Of a DNA stretch of 32,000 bases, positions 9,387-19,404 are shown piece by piece. Position 1 is the first letter of the stretch, and each line of letters opens with the position of its first letter. This DNA is from Dehalococcoidia bacterium. Lineage in GTDB: Bacteria > Chloroflexota > Dehalococcoidia > GIF9 > AB-539-J10. The notes beneath the pieces were generated by a model that worked only from the letters and a program-made list of their open reading frames with translations, was not told the origin of the DNA and searched no databases. The position numbers were made by a program, and so were the translations under genes. The stretch lies in assembly GCA_016933195.1 (NCBI GenBank), contig JAFGBN010000002.1, forward strand, positions 11,155-43,154, in the 5' to 3' direction.

Positions 9387-11150
9387 ATGGCCTACGATGC
9401 AACAAAAATGAAAGACTGGCAGATTTCAGAAGCAGCTGAGGAAAAGATGCCAACCCCCGACGAGTGGCGGGAAAGATTAAACTTGCAAAAGGACGAGATT
9501 ATTCCTTTCGGGAGGCTATGCAGGCTTGATTTCATGAAGATAATTGAGCGTCTCAAGGATAGGCCGGATGGCAAATACATTGAGGTGACTGCCATAACCC
9601 CCACCCCATTAGGGGAAGGAAAAACGACGACTCTGATGGGCATCCTGGAAGGCATGGGCAAGCGAGGTCTGAATGTGGGCGGTGCAATTCGCCAGCCCTC
9701 GGGTGGCCCAACTATGAATATTAAGGGAACCGCTGCGGGCGGTGGCAATGCGCTGCTCATTCCTATGACGGAATTCTCCATGGGCCTTACCGGCGACATC
9801 AACGACATCAGCAATGCTCACAACCTGGCTATGGTGGCGCTTACTGCCAGAATGCAGCATGAGCGAAACTATAATGACGAGGAGTTGGTCAAACGCAGCA
9901 GGATGCGTCGTCTGGACATCGACCCGACCAGAGTAGAGATGGGTTGGGTCATGGATTTCTGCGCCCAAAGCCTCAGGAACATTGTTATAGGCCTCGGCGG
10001 TCGCATGGATGGCTTTGCAATGCAGTCCAAATTTGGTATCACTGTGAGTTCTGAAATCATGGCAATGCTGTCTATTGTGAACGACTTGGCGGACTTGCGT
10101 GAAAGGATGGACGAGATTACCGTAGCTTTTGATAAGAAAGGCAATCCCGTTACCACAGGCGACTTAGGAGTGGGGGGCGCCATGACCGCCTGGATGCGCA
10201 ACACTATCAATCCCACCTTGATGTGCACAGCGGAGTATCAGCCGTGCATGGTGCATGCTGGTCCCTTTGCTAACATTGCCGTGGGCCAGTCCTCCATCAT
10301 CGCTGACCGCATCGGGCTGAAGATGTATGATTATCATGTCACTGAGAGCGGCTTTGCCGCAGACATCGGGTTCGAGAAGTTCTGGAACGTCAAGTGTCGC
10401 TACAGTGGTCTCAAGCCACACGTGTCAGTACTCACCACCACTATCAGAGCACTAAAGATGCATGGTGGTGGGCCTAAGGTGGTGGCTGGTTTGCCCCTGC
10501 CTGAGTCCTACACTAAGGAGAACTTGGGGCTCTTGGAGAAAGGTATTCCTAATATGTTGCACCACATTAACACCATCAGGACATCGGGCATCAATCCTGT
10601 GGTGTGCATCAATAGCTTCCATACGGATACCAAGGAAGAAATCGCTATGGTGCGAAAGGCAGCTGAGGGGGCTGGAGCAGGCTGTGCCGTGTCCAGTCAC
10701 TGGGCTGATGGCGGCGATGGCGCTCTGGAGTTGGCTGATGCAGTTAAGGAAGCCTGCGAAGCTAAGACCGATTTCAATTTCCTTTACCCCTTGAAAATGA
10801 AACTGCGGGAACGAGTGGATAAGATTGCTAAGGTGGTATATGGAGCTGATGGAGTGTCGTGGACCCCTGATGCTGAAGCCAAAGCTAAGTCGCTTGAGGC
10901 TGATTCCAAATACGATGAGTACGCTACCATGATGGTGAAGACGCACCTGAGCCTGACCCACGATCCGTCCATTAAAGGCACTCCAAAGGGATGGATGCTA
11001 CCCATTCGCGATGTGTTGATTTATTCCGGGGCGAAGTTCCTCTGTCCCTGCGCTGGCACCATCAGCCTCATGCCAGGAACCAGCTCTGATCCTGCCTTTA
11101 GAAAGGTGGATGTCGATACAAAGACGGGCAAAGTGCAGGGGCTTTTCTAA
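9387..11150 (+). CDS. fhs: Formate--tetrahydrofolate ligase
   Basis: 587 aa with [13 protein letters not shown] (the nucleotide-binding loop), [10 protein letters not shown], and [11 protein letters not shown]. The similarity to Fhs runs the full length. Confidence 0.95.
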   Translation: MAYDATKMKDWQISEAAEEKMPTPDEWRERLNLQKDEIIPFGRLCRLDFMKIIERLKDRPDGKYIEVTAITPTPLGEGKTTTLMGILEGMGKRGLNVGGAIRQPSGGPTMNIKGTAAGGGNALLIPMTEFSMGLTGDINDISNAHNLAMVALTARMQHERNYNDEELVKRSRMRRLDIDPTRVEMGWVMDFCAQSLRNIVIGLGGRMDGFAMQSKFGITVSSEIMAMLSIVNDLADLRERMDEITVAFDKKGNPVTTGDLGVGGAMTAWMRNTINPTLMCTAEYQPCMVHAGPFANIAVGQSSIIADRIGLKMYDYHVTESGFAADIGFEKFWNVKCRYSGLKPHVSVLTTTIRALKMHGGGPKVVAGLPLPESYTKENLGLLEKGIPNMLHHINTIRTSGINPVVCINSFHTDTKEEIAMVRKAAEGAGAGCAVSSHWADGGDGALELADAVKEACEAKTDFNFLYPLKMKLRERVDKIAKVVYGADGVSWTPDAEAKAKSLEADSKYDEYATMMVKTHLSLTHDPSIKGTPKGWMLPIRDVLIYSGAKFLCPCAGTISLMPGTSSDPAFRKVDVDTKTGKVQGLF

Positions 11151-11195
11151 AAGGCAGTAGACCTAACTTAGAAAGGATAGACTTCGGCGTCCAAA

Positions 11196-11222
11196 TAACC
11201 TCTCCCTTTAAGGGAGAGGTTA
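11196..11222 (+). promoter_or_regulatory. Perfect hairpin in the fhs/Fe-S gene spacer that sequesters the downstream SD
   Basis: TAACCTCTCCC-TTTAA-GGGAGAGGTTA forms an 11-12 bp stem. The 3' arm GGGAGAGG (11212-11219) is the only SD-like element for the GTG at 11226. No T-run follows, so it is not a classic intrinsic terminator. Confidence 0.5.
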
Positions 11223-11225
11223 AAG

Positions 11226-11891
11226 GTGAGGATACTGGAAGAAACAAAGACTGTCTCTCTAACCATTGACGGAAAAGAAATAAAAGCTGCTAAAACTGAG
11301 AAGATACTATGGGCAGCTTTAGATAATGACGTCTATATTCCGAACCTTTGTGCTATTCGAGAAAAGAATGAGCCTTTTGCTTCCTGCCGCCTCTGCTTTG
11401 TGGAAGTGAAAGGCAGGGAAATGCCTGTTACTGCTTGTACTGAGCCAGTGGCAGAGGGCATGGTAGTTAATACTAAAGGGGAAAAGGCCTTAAGGCTAGC
11501 CCGTATTGCTTTCGAGTTGCTCTTAGCTAGTTTGCCTGTAGACTGTGCTCACTGTTCCAAAAGCGGTTCTTGTGAGCTTCAGAAGATTGCCAAGCACTTA
11601 CGTGCAAAGCTCAGCACAAAGAGATTCAGGAAAACTCTGCGTGGCTTACCAATAGATTCCAGCAGCCCTCTATTTATCTATGATCCTAATAAGTGTGTAC
11701 TCTGTGGCAGATGTGTTTGGGTATGCCAGAAAAAACTGAGCATAGCAGCGATTGGTTTTGCCTACCGTGGCTTCCGGCGGATGGTCACCACCTTTGGAGA
11801 TGAGCCCATTGGCCAATCCAGGTGTCAAGGCTGCGGGGAATGTGTTGATGTTTGCCCTGTTGGTGCATTGGTGTTTAAACGGGAGAATTGA
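11226..11891 (+). CDS. NuoG/HydA N-terminal-like Fe-S protein ([2Fe-2S] plus 2x[4Fe-4S], no catalytic domain)
   Basis: 221 aa. It contains a plant-type 2Fe-2S pattern (C-x11-C-x2-C-x13-C, NLCAIREKNEPFASCRLCFVEV...TAC). It also has a degenerate N5-like motif, LPVDCAHCSKSGSCELQ, in which the usual His (HPxDC) is Leu. Two ferredoxin motifs follow: CVLCGRCVWVC and CQGCGECVDVCP. Confidence 0.75.
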   Translation: MRILEETKTVSLTIDGKEIKAAKTEKILWAALDNDVYIPNLCAIREKNEPFASCRLCFVEVKGREMPVTACTEPVAEGMVVNTKGEKALRLARIAFELLLASLPVDCAHCSKSGSCELQKIAKHLRAKLSTKRFRKTLRGLPIDSSSPLFIYDPNKCVLCGRCVWVCQKKLSIAAIGFAYRGFRRMVTTFGDEPIGQSRCQGCGECVDVCPVGALVFKREN

Positions 11892-11949
11892 CATACACGC
11901 TGCCTTATAGTAAATTATTGAGCTTGGGTTCAAGAAGGAGAGATAAAGC

Positions 11950-12834
11950 ATGGTTATAATAGGTGAGAACATACATGTTATAGCGAAAGAAGTAAATGAT
12001 GCCATAAGAGCTCGAAATCCCAAACCAATCCAGGATTTAGCTAGAGCCCAGGATAAGGCGAGGACTGACTATATAGATGTAAATGTTGGTTACTTAAGGA
12101 AAGACACTGAAGAAACCATGAAGTGGATAATCAACACAATTCAAGAGGTTACTGATTTGCCTCTGTCTATAGACACTATGAACCCTGTGGCCATGGAGGT
12201 GGGTCTCAGGCTTTGTAAGAAGAGACCTTTGCTTAATTCCGCTTCAGGGAAGACTGACTCTAAAGAGCAGATGCTCCCATTAGCAAAGAAATATAATTGT
12301 GATGTAGTGATTTCGGTGATTAACGATAAGGGTATGCCTGCTGAGGGCGATTCAAAATTGGACAGCATCATGGATACAGTGGCTTACGCTAACGATCTGG
12401 GAATTCCCAATGAGAATATTTGGGCTGACCCCATAGCTCTCCCAGTAAGCACTGCTGGTGAGGGGCAGAAGAATGCCTTGGCAACTTATGAATTTATAGA
12501 GATGCTTCCTGAAGCTTTGCCTGGGCTTAAATCAACGTTAGGGCTTTCCAATATTTCTAACGGAGCACCTATTGAACTTAGACCTCTACTTAACCACGTT
12601 TACTTGATAATGTTGGCTAGGAAAGGGCTTTACTCGTCAATTCACGATGCCCTGGATGTGGATATTATGAGCGTATCGAAGGGCGGGAAAGAAAATCTAG
12701 TTGACCTCGTCTACAGAACATGGGATGGAGAGGACATAGACCTTTCTTCCCTATCCCAAGAGCAAATAAATTACGTTAAGACGACCAGGGTTCTCGCAGG
12801 TGAAGTGCTCTATTCCGATGCTTGGCTTGAATAA
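11950..12834 (+). CDS. acsE: Methyl-tetrahydrofolate:corrinoid Fe-S protein methyltransferase (pterin-binding, DHPS-like barrel)
   Basis: 294 aa. The sequence MVIIGENIH...DYIDVNVG...PLSIDT...LNSAS...ISNGAP is typical of pterin-binding methyltransferases (AcsE/MtrH-like). It lies immediately upstream of cdhD. Confidence 0.75.
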   Translation: MVIIGENIHVIAKEVNDAIRARNPKPIQDLARAQDKARTDYIDVNVGYLRKDTEETMKWIINTIQEVTDLPLSIDTMNPVAMEVGLRLCKKRPLLNSASGKTDSKEQMLPLAKKYNCDVVISVINDKGMPAEGDSKLDSIMDTVAYANDLGIPNENIWADPIALPVSTAGEGQKNALATYEFIEMLPEALPGLKSTLGLSNISNGAPIELRPLLNHVYLIMLARKGLYSSIHDALDVDIMSVSKGGKENLVDLVYRTWDGEDIDLSSLSQEQINYVKTTRVLAGEVLYSDAWLE

Positions 12835-12846
12835 GGAGGTTCAATA

Positions 12847-13746
12847 ATGGAGTATAAAGCACCAGTGGAAGCATACACTGGAGTAGTTAGGGAGGAAACT
12901 ATTGGGACGGGGGAGAAAGCTATAAAGCTGGGAGGGGAGAACATTCTCCCCTTCCATTTTTTTGATGAGGGTTCAGCCCCCCATGCGCCAACCTTCGCCT
13001 TGGAGATGTTGGATATGGAGCCTACAGATTGGCCGGAACACTTAGTTGAACCCTTCAAGGATGTGATATCCGATCCAGTGAAATGGGCTAAGAGGTGTGA
13101 AGGATTTGGTGCGGATGCGGTCAGCATTTTCCTTCTGAGCACTGATCCTGCAGGAGAGAATCGCTCTGCGGAGGGAGCGGCAACACTGGTAAAAGAAGTG
13201 GCTGAGTCAATAAGTATCCCTGTGCTTGTCTACGGCTCCGGGGATGATAAGAAGGATGCTGAGGTTCTCCCCAAGGTTGCTGAGGTGTGCGACGGAATGA
13301 ATCTCCTTATAGGCCCGGTGCTTAAGGAAAACTACGAAGTTGTGGGGAGGGCAATTCTAGATCACGGGCATAAAGCCTGGGCCGAGAGTCCTTTAGATAT
13401 CAATTTGCTTAAGGAGTTAAATGTAAAGCTGTGTCATTTCCTGCCTCCCGAGAGGATTGTAATTGATCCAGAATCCACAGCGCTGGGCTATGGCTTTGAA
13501 TATAGCTTCACTCTAATGGAAAGGGTGAAACAGCTTGGAGTAATTATTAAGGATAGCATGACACAGATGCCCATGATCGCTAATTTGGGAAAGGAAGTTT
13601 GGAAGACAAAGCAAGCCAAAGAGAGCGAAAAGCAAGGCTTGCTGTTTGAGGGAATGACGGCTTTAGGACTCCTTTTAGCCGGAGCAAATATCCTTGTCTT
13701 GAGGCATCCCGAGAGTTTAAAGTTAGTAAAAGAAACAATCAGTTAA
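12847..13746 (+). CDS. cdhD: Corrinoid Fe-S protein small subunit (ACDS delta / AcsD)
   Basis: 299 aa with ...IKLGGENILPFHFFDEG...PTFALEMLDMEPTDWPEHL... and a TIM-barrel-like remainder. It has a strong SD (TAAGGAGG). Confidence 0.8.
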   Translation: MEYKAPVEAYTGVVREETIGTGEKAIKLGGENILPFHFFDEGSAPHAPTFALEMLDMEPTDWPEHLVEPFKDVISDPVKWAKRCEGFGADAVSIFLLSTDPAGENRSAEGAATLVKEVAESISIPVLVYGSGDDKKDAEVLPKVAEVCDGMNLLIGPVLKENYEVVGRAILDHGHKAWAESPLDINLLKELNVKLCHFLPPERIVIDPESTALGYGFEYSFTLMERVKQLGVIIKDSMTQMPMIANLGKEVWKTKQAKESEKQGLLFEGMTALGLLLAGANILVLRHPESLKLVKETIS

Positions 13747-13773
13747 AGATATTTTTTAAGAAAGAGGTGAAAA

Positions 13774-16089
13774 ATGGCAGAGGTAAAAGAAAAGACGCTT
13801 TCCAAAAAATTGGAGGAAGTCCATGAGCGCATAAAAGCGGAGATTCCTTGGGAGCCAGTAGGGCCCACCCCAATGCCAGAAATTCCCGATCTGAGAAGCT
13901 GGGACATGAGGCTTCTTAAAACCTACGCGCCATTTTATTCTCCATTCTGTGATTTATGTTGCTTCTGCACCTATGGGAAGTGTGACCTCACCGAGGGTAG
14001 AAGGGGAGCCTGTGGCATTGACATAGCCACGCAACAGGCAAGGTTTATACTTTTGGCTTGTTTGATAGGATGTTCCGCTCACGCCGCTCACGGCGGGCAC
14101 ATTCTGGAGTTTCTTATAGAGAAGCATGGCGCAGATAAGAAGATAGATATGGGCCCATTCATTGAGATTGAAGCGCCAAATATAAGGACAGTTACTGGTT
14201 TGAAACCAGAGACCCTGGGAGACCTCCAAATAGCTCTAGAGTATGTATTCAAGGAGATTGCCCACCTTCTTGATTCTTGCCACACGGGACAAGAGGGAAG
14301 CGCTCTGGATTATGAATCTAAAGCCTTGCATGCTAGCATGCTGGACCATGTAGGTATGGAGATAGCTGATATTGCCCAAATTGTGGGATTTGGCTTCCCT
14401 ACTTCTGTTGCTGATACACCTCTGGTGGAGATGGGATGGGGGGCGATAGATAAAAGCAAGCCAGTAATCTTACTATCAGGGCATAATCCAGCTACCTCGA
14501 CGGTGGTAATTGACTATCTCAGGGAACACAACCTTGAAGACCAGGTAGAGGTCTGCGGCCTATGCTGCACTGCACTAGAAACTACAAGGTATTCAGACAA
14601 AGCTAAAATAGTTGGTCCTCTTTCCCGTGCACTTTTCTTCATGAGGGCGGGCATTGCCGATGTTATCATGACAGACGAGCAATGCATAAGAACAGACACG
14701 CCTCAGGAAGCAGCCAAGGTGGGTTCAGCAGTTATCGCCTGTCTTGACAAGGCTATGTATGGACTTGAGGATGCCACTGAGATGGATTCGGATAAGATAG
14801 TAAGACGAATGGTGGATAATAAAGAACAGTTTGCCATCTTGGACTCCTCAAAGGCAGCCGAGGTAGCGGTCAAAGTCGCCATGGAACTTGCCCCCCAGAG
14901 AAAGAAGGAATGGCTAACGGAGGAAGAAGCCATAGAACTGGCTAAGAAGTGTACTAATTGTGGCATGTGTGAGAGAGTATGTCCCAATCTTTTCTCCATC
15001 GGCGAAGGGATAACCAAGTTGGCCAAGGAAGGCAATTTCGACTTGATAAGGAAGCAATTCCTGCAGTGCATTGGCTGTGGAAAATGCGAGCAAGAGTGCC
15101 CCAACAAAGTTCCCATCTTCAAGATAATGCAGACAGCGACGAGCATGGAGACCTGGAAATGCAGGGCTGGGCGCGGTCCTGTTATGGATACCGAGATAAG
15201 GAATGTCGGTGCACCTCTTACCTTGGGTACAATCCCCGGAGTTATTGCCCTCGTCGGTTGCTCCAACTACCCCGATATTGAAGATATTGCCGACATGGTA
15301 GAGGAGTTTGCCAAGAGAAAGTATATTGTAGTCCTCACAGGCTGTGCCGCTATGGTTGCCGGAATGAAGAAAGACGCCGATGGCTTAACCGTGTATGAAA
15401 AGTTTCCTGCCGATTTTGATGCTGGAGGGGTAGTGAATATTGGCTCATGTGTTTCCAATGCTCATATCAGTGGAGCGGCGATAAAGATAGCCAATATCTT
15501 TGCTGCTCTTCCTTTAAGAGGGAACTATGAGGTCATGGCTGATTACGTGCTTAACCGAGTGGGCGCCTGTGGTGTAGCCTGGGGTGCAATGTCCCAGAAG
15601 GCAGCTTCCATCGGCACCGGGTTCAATAGGTTGGGTGTGCCCGTGGTTTTAGGTCCTCACTCCTCCAAGTATAGAAGGCTGTTTCTCTCTAGGAAGGAAG
15701 AGGATGATTGGAAGGCTATGGATGCCAGGAAGAAGGAGATTGTGGATACTGTGGAGCCTGCCCCCGAGCACTTGGCTTATGTATGTGAGACAAAAGAAAA
15801 AGCCATGCCAATGATAGCCAAGCTGTGTATAAGAAGAAACGATACCCCTCAGGGAAGGGCGATAAAACTTAACCACTATATTTCCCTGTACAAGAAGTAT
15901 ATTGGAGCGGGTTTGCCCGAAGATATTCAGCTCTTTGTCCGAAGGGATGCTGATATTCCTTTGGTCTATAAAAAGGAAGTGCGGGCATATCTACAGGAAA
16001 TCGGCTGGCAACCCAGGGAGCCAATTGGACTTCCTACCTTGATTGGGACTTATCCTAGCAAGATTCCTGTGGATGCAGTAATACATTAG
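13774..16089 (+). CDS. cdhA: ACDS alpha subunit: archaeal-type Ni-CODH
   Basis: 771 aa. The N-terminus is Cys-rich (FCDLCCFCTYGKCDLTEGRRGACG). An internal 2x[4Fe-4S] ferredoxin insertion is present (CTNCGMCERVCP, CIGCGKCEQECP). The C-cluster region reads GCSNYP/GSCVSNAH. The length and the insertion are characteristic of CdhA rather than bacterial AcsA/CooS. Confidence 0.9.
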   Translation: MAEVKEKTLSKKLEEVHERIKAEIPWEPVGPTPMPEIPDLRSWDMRLLKTYAPFYSPFCDLCCFCTYGKCDLTEGRRGACGIDIATQQARFILLACLIGCSAHAAHGGHILEFLIEKHGADKKIDMGPFIEIEAPNIRTVTGLKPETLGDLQIALEYVFKEIAHLLDSCHTGQEGSALDYESKALHASMLDHVGMEIADIAQIVGFGFPTSVADTPLVEMGWGAIDKSKPVILLSGHNPATSTVVIDYLREHNLEDQVEVCGLCCTALETTRYSDKAKIVGPLSRALFFMRAGIADVIMTDEQCIRTDTPQEAAKVGSAVIACLDKAMYGLEDATEMDSDKIVRRMVDNKEQFAILDSSKAAEVAVKVAMELAPQRKKEWLTEEEAIELAKKCTNCGMCERVCPNLFSIGEGITKLAKEGNFDLIRKQFLQCIGCGKCEQECPNKVPIFKIMQTATSMETWKCRAGRGPVMDTEIRNVGAPLTLGTIPGVIALVGCSNYPDIEDIADMVEEFAKRKYIVVLTGCAAMVAGMKKDADGLTVYEKFPADFDAGGVVNIGSCVSNAHISGAAIKIANIFAALPLRGNYEVMADYVLNRVGACGVAWGAMSQKAASIGTGFNRLGVPVVLGPHSSKYRRLFLSRKEEDDWKAMDARKKEIVDTVEPAPEHLAYVCETKEKAMPMIAKLCIRRNDTPQGRAIKLNHYISLYKKYIGAGLPEDIQLFVRRDADIPLVYKKEVRAYLQEIGWQPREPIGLPTLIGTYPSKIPVDAVIH

Positions 16090-16123
16090 TGAAGAAGATG
16101 AATAGGCTAAAAGGAGGGAAAAA

Positions 16124-16675
16124 ATGAGCGCAGTAATACCACGACATAGGGTAAATGTCTTAACCGGAATCAAATCAGCCAAGCTAATCGAAGACCCGAC
16201 GGAGTACTCTAATTTGATTCGAAAGGCAAAAAGACCGCTTCTCGTAGTTGGGCCTCTCTTGCTTGAATCGACGCCCGACGGCAAGTTGCTCCTCGAGTAT
16301 GCCTTAGACATTGCCAAGCCTAGCAATATCCCCATATGTGCCACAGCGCAAACTAAAGGGAAGGTGGGAGAGCTAGGAGTCAAGCCAGATTCTGTTTATG
16401 ATGTCGTGGAGATAACGAATGCTCTTAAAGACCCCGACTGGAATGGAGTTAGAAGAGAAGGTAATCATGACCTGGTGATCCTTTTTGGCATAAGGAGCGA
16501 CCTTGGGAACCAAAGCCTTTCCACACTCAAGCACTTCGCCCCTCACCTGAAAACTATGACATTGTGTAAGCATTACTTCCCTCATGCCAATTACTCCCTT
16601 ACCAATTTCAAAAAAGATGCTAAGTGGTTGGAGTTTCTGGAAAGCTTAATAGAGAACTTGAAGAAAGGAGGATAG
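16124..16675 (+). CDS. cdhB: ACDS epsilon subunit
   Basis: 183 aa, directly downstream of cdhA, with the size and position of CdhB. The sequence reads ...RPLLVVGP...ICATAQTKG.... Confidence 0.75.
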   Translation: MSAVIPRHRVNVLTGIKSAKLIEDPTEYSNLIRKAKRPLLVVGPLLLESTPDGKLLLEYALDIAKPSNIPICATAQTKGKVGELGVKPDSVYDVVEITNALKDPDWNGVRREGNHDLVILFGIRSDLGNQSLSTLKHFAPHLKTMTLCKHYFPHANYSLTNFKKDAKWLEFLESLIENLKKGG

Positions 16676-16680
16676 AAAAA

Positions 16681-17928
16681 GTGGAAGGCGAATTTCACGC
16701 AGATATTGGACCCCAATATGAAGGTGAGGTGATAAGGAAGGAAGATCTTTACCTGGAGTTTGGTGGCCCTAAGGTAGCATATAAATTTGAGCTGGCGACG
16801 GTGAAGAGCCTCGATGAAGTAGAGAATGAGAAAATAGAGATTATCGGTCCCGATATAAATGAATTGGAAGCTTACGATGAAGAAAAGAAGGGTGGGAGTT
16901 ACCCTATAGCTATTCTGGTTGATGTTGCTGGAGGGGAACTGGACAAGGATGCCGAGGCGATCATTGAGAGAAGGATTCACATGTTTACTAACATGGTTGA
17001 GGGTTGGTATCACATGAATCAGAGGCAAGATTGCTGGTTGAGGATAAACAAGGATTGTTATAAGAAAGGCTTCACTTCCTTAAAGGAATTGGGGGAAATT
17101 TATAGCTTGCTATATACTTCAGAGATGTCAATAATTGAGAAAATCCAAATCACTATTATCACTGATGAGGGAAAAATAAAGGAACTTCTGCCGCACGCTC
17201 TGGAGGTTTATGCTGCCAGGGATGAAAGGGCAAGGACTCTAAGGGATGAAGACGTGGATACATTTTATGGCTGCGTCCTTTGTCAGAGTTTCGCTCCTAC
17301 CCATGTCTCCATTATAAGCCCGGATAGGATTGCCAATTGTGGAGCCATAAACTGGTTTGATGGCAGAGCTGCAGCCAAGATCGACCCTGAAGGACCTATA
17401 TTTGCTATACCAAAAGGGGAGCTTATAGACCCCATAAAGGGTGAATACACGGGAGCGAATAAAGTTGAATTTGAGAAGTCCCTGGGGACTTACGACAGGG
17501 TTTATCTCTATAGCGCCTTCGATCATCCCCATACTTCATGCGGCTGTTTCGAGGCTATAGTTTTCTATATTCCTGAGGTAGATGGATTTGGACTCGTGCA
17601 CAGGGATTTCAAGGGTGAGACTGTAATTGGAGAGACCTTTTCTCATATGGCTGGTGAAACATCTGGTGGAAAGCAAATAGAAGGCCGCCTGGGAACTGGA
17701 CTAGAGCAATTAAGGTCTCCCAAGTTCATTCAGGCGGATGGGGGACGGAGAAGAATGGTGTGGATGCCCAAAGACATAAAAGAGAGATATAAAGAAGCCT
17801 TTGAAGCAGATGGGGTATATGACAAAATTCCCACAGAAGAAGACGTAAAAAATACCGATGAGCTTCTGGAATTTCTTGATAAGGTAGGACACCCCTGGAT
17901 AATGGGGGAAGTGGAGCTTCCTGGGTGA
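16681..17928 (+). CDS. cdhC: ACDS beta subunit: acetyl-CoA synthase (A-cluster), short archaeal form
   Basis: The A-cluster Cys-Gly-Cys is present (HTSCGCFEA), as are the [4Fe-4S] cysteines (CVLCQSFAPTHVSIISPDRIANCGA). I prefer GTG at 16681, which has AGGAGG 8 nt upstream and lies 5 nt after the cdhB stop, over the ORF-track start at 16624 inside cdhB. The 415-aa product lacks the N-terminal domain of bacterial AcsB. Confidence 0.9.
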   Translation: MEGEFHADIGPQYEGEVIRKEDLYLEFGGPKVAYKFELATVKSLDEVENEKIEIIGPDINELEAYDEEKKGGSYPIAILVDVAGGELDKDAEAIIERRIHMFTNMVEGWYHMNQRQDCWLRINKDCYKKGFTSLKELGEIYSLLYTSEMSIIEKIQITIITDEGKIKELLPHALEVYAARDERARTLRDEDVDTFYGCVLCQSFAPTHVSIISPDRIANCGAINWFDGRAAAKIDPEGPIFAIPKGELIDPIKGEYTGANKVEFEKSLGTYDRVYLYSAFDHPHTSCGCFEAIVFYIPEVDGFGLVHRDFKGETVIGETFSHMAGETSGGKQIEGRLGTGLEQLRSPKFIQADGGRRRMVWMPKDIKERYKEAFEADGVYDKIPTEEDVKNTDELLEFLDKVGHPWIMGEVELPG

Positions 17929-18036
17929 GACTGTCGCGAGCAAGGCGAAGCAATCCAACCCAGAAGTGAAGATAAAAAGTAAAGATAACCCTCGTTAACT
18001 CAACGCTTTTACCTGGCGAGGGGGAGGTAGGTTATT

Positions 18037-19401
18037 ATGCCGATTGCAGGATCCCAAATTATGAAGATGCTTCCTGGCAGGAAGCCATGTAGGGAGTGTG
18101 GCTTCCCTACCTGTTTTGCCTTCGCTATGAAGCTAGCTTCAGGCGGGACAACCGTAGATAAGTGCCCTTATCTGGATGAGGAGGCGAAAGCTAAACTAAC
18201 AGATCTTCTGGCACCGCCTATAAAGCTTGTCACCATAGGCTCAGGGGAGAATAAGATTCAAATCGGGAATGAAGAGGTAATATATAGACACGAGAAGACC
18301 TACCACCATGCACCAGGAATTGGTCTACTTATCTCCGATAAGGAGGCTGACGACAAAATTGATGAGAAGATAAGGAAGATAAAAGAGCTGCAGTTCTCCT
18401 GGATAGGAGTAACACTTAAGGCAGACCTGTTAGCTCTCTACTTTGAATCAGGTGATAGGAATAGATTTCTAGCTTTGGTCAAAAAAGTTTACCAATCAAC
18501 CGATGTGCCCATGATTTTGATTTCAGAAGATATGGATGCCTTATTTTCTGCCAGGGATCTATGTGCTGACAGAAACCCCCTTCTCTACCCTGTGACCAAA
18601 GAAAACATAGAGGAAACAATCCCAAAGATTAAAGAGAAGCCTAGTCCGATAGGAGTTCGGGGGGATAATCTAGAGTCGTTGGCATCTTTAACTCTTAGAT
18701 TAAAGGATGCCGGCATTGAAGATGTGGTCTTAGCCCCAGGCTCCAAGAGTCTAATGGAAGCGGTGAGAGACCAGACCTTCATCAGGAGGGCGGCCATAAA
18801 GCAAGGATTCAGACCTCTTGGCTATCCTACCATTGCTTTCCCCTGCTTCATAGCTAAAGATGGGCTAAAAGAGGCTATGGCTGGCTCAGCCTTTATAAAC
18901 AAGTTCACTAGCATAATCATATTCTCCGATTTCGACCAATATTCCTTACTTCCCACTTTAATTCAAAGGCTCAATATTTATACTGATCCTCGCTTTCCCA
19001 TGGGGGTGGACGAGAAATACTATGAGGTATTGGAGCCTGATGAATATTCCCCTGTTCTTGTCACCTCAAACTGGGCCTTGACTTATTTCCTGGTGTCCTC
19101 GGCTGTCGAGGCTACTAAAATTCCTGGCTATGTTTGCGTAAAGGATTCGGAAGGGCTTGGTGTCCTTACAGCTTGGGCAGCGGGCAAGTTTGACGGCGAA
19201 TCTGTGGGGGAATTTATTAAGAAAAGTGGAATCGCAGACCGCGTAAAACACAGAAAGCTAATTATCCCAGGCAAGGTGGCCAGAATTAAAGGTGCGCTGG
19301 AAGACGCCTTGAATCTTGAATGGGAGATTATAGTTGGTCCCAAAGAAATAACTGCGTTGGGAAAATTCCTTCCAGACGTTGCTAAAAACCTAAGGGAATA
19401 A
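18037..19401 (+). CDS. cdhE: Corrinoid Fe-S protein large subunit (ACDS gamma / AcsC)
   Basis: 454 aa. The N-terminal [4Fe-4S] motif is CRECGFPTCFAFAMKLASGGTTVDKCPY (Cx2Cx4Cx16C). The C-terminus has a Rossmann-like corrinoid-binding domain. Confidence 0.85.
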   Translation: MPIAGSQIMKMLPGRKPCRECGFPTCFAFAMKLASGGTTVDKCPYLDEEAKAKLTDLLAPPIKLVTIGSGENKIQIGNEEVIYRHEKTYHHAPGIGLLISDKEADDKIDEKIRKIKELQFSWIGVTLKADLLALYFESGDRNRFLALVKKVYQSTDVPMILISEDMDALFSARDLCADRNPLLYPVTKENIEETIPKIKEKPSPIGVRGDNLESLASLTLRLKDAGIEDVVLAPGSKSLMEAVRDQTFIRRAAIKQGFRPLGYPTIAFPCFIAKDGLKEAMAGSAFINKFTSIIIFSDFDQYSLLPTLIQRLNIYTDPRFPMGVDEKYYEVLEPDEYSPVLVTSNWALTYFLVSSAVEATKIPGYVCVKDSEGLGVLTAWAAGKFDGESVGEFIKKSGIADRVKHRKLIIPGKVARIKGALEDALNLEWEIIVGPKEITALGKFLPDVAKNLRE

Positions 19402-19404
19402 AAG

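Noticed and set aside
9392-11005. Six minus-strand ORFs (73-169 aa) and a 110-aa off-frame plus-strand ORF inside fhs
   Set aside because: All lie wholly within the strongly supported fhs frame and have low-complexity, Arg/Pro/Ser-rich translations. They are by-products of the GC-richer composition of fhs.
14703-15266. A 187-aa minus-strand ORF, along with other antisense or off-frame ORFs inside cdhA (13954..14285, 14514..14699, 14979..15281, 15267..15458, 15649..15876)
   Set aside because: They are antisense or out of frame to a full-length CdhA with intact cluster motifs. They have no SD or recognisable domain.
16624-16680. The upstream GTG start that extends cdhC 19 codons into cdhB
   Set aside because: GTG at 16681 has a well-spaced AGGAGG and starts just after the cdhB stop. 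The extension would overlap cdhB by 52 nt with no SD.
17975-18036. An imperfect inverted repeat (CCCTCG...CGAGGG) overlapping the cdhE SD in the 108-nt cdhC-cdhE gap
   Set aside because: The stem is only 6 bp with a loop of about 20 nt, which is too weak to support a structural claim.
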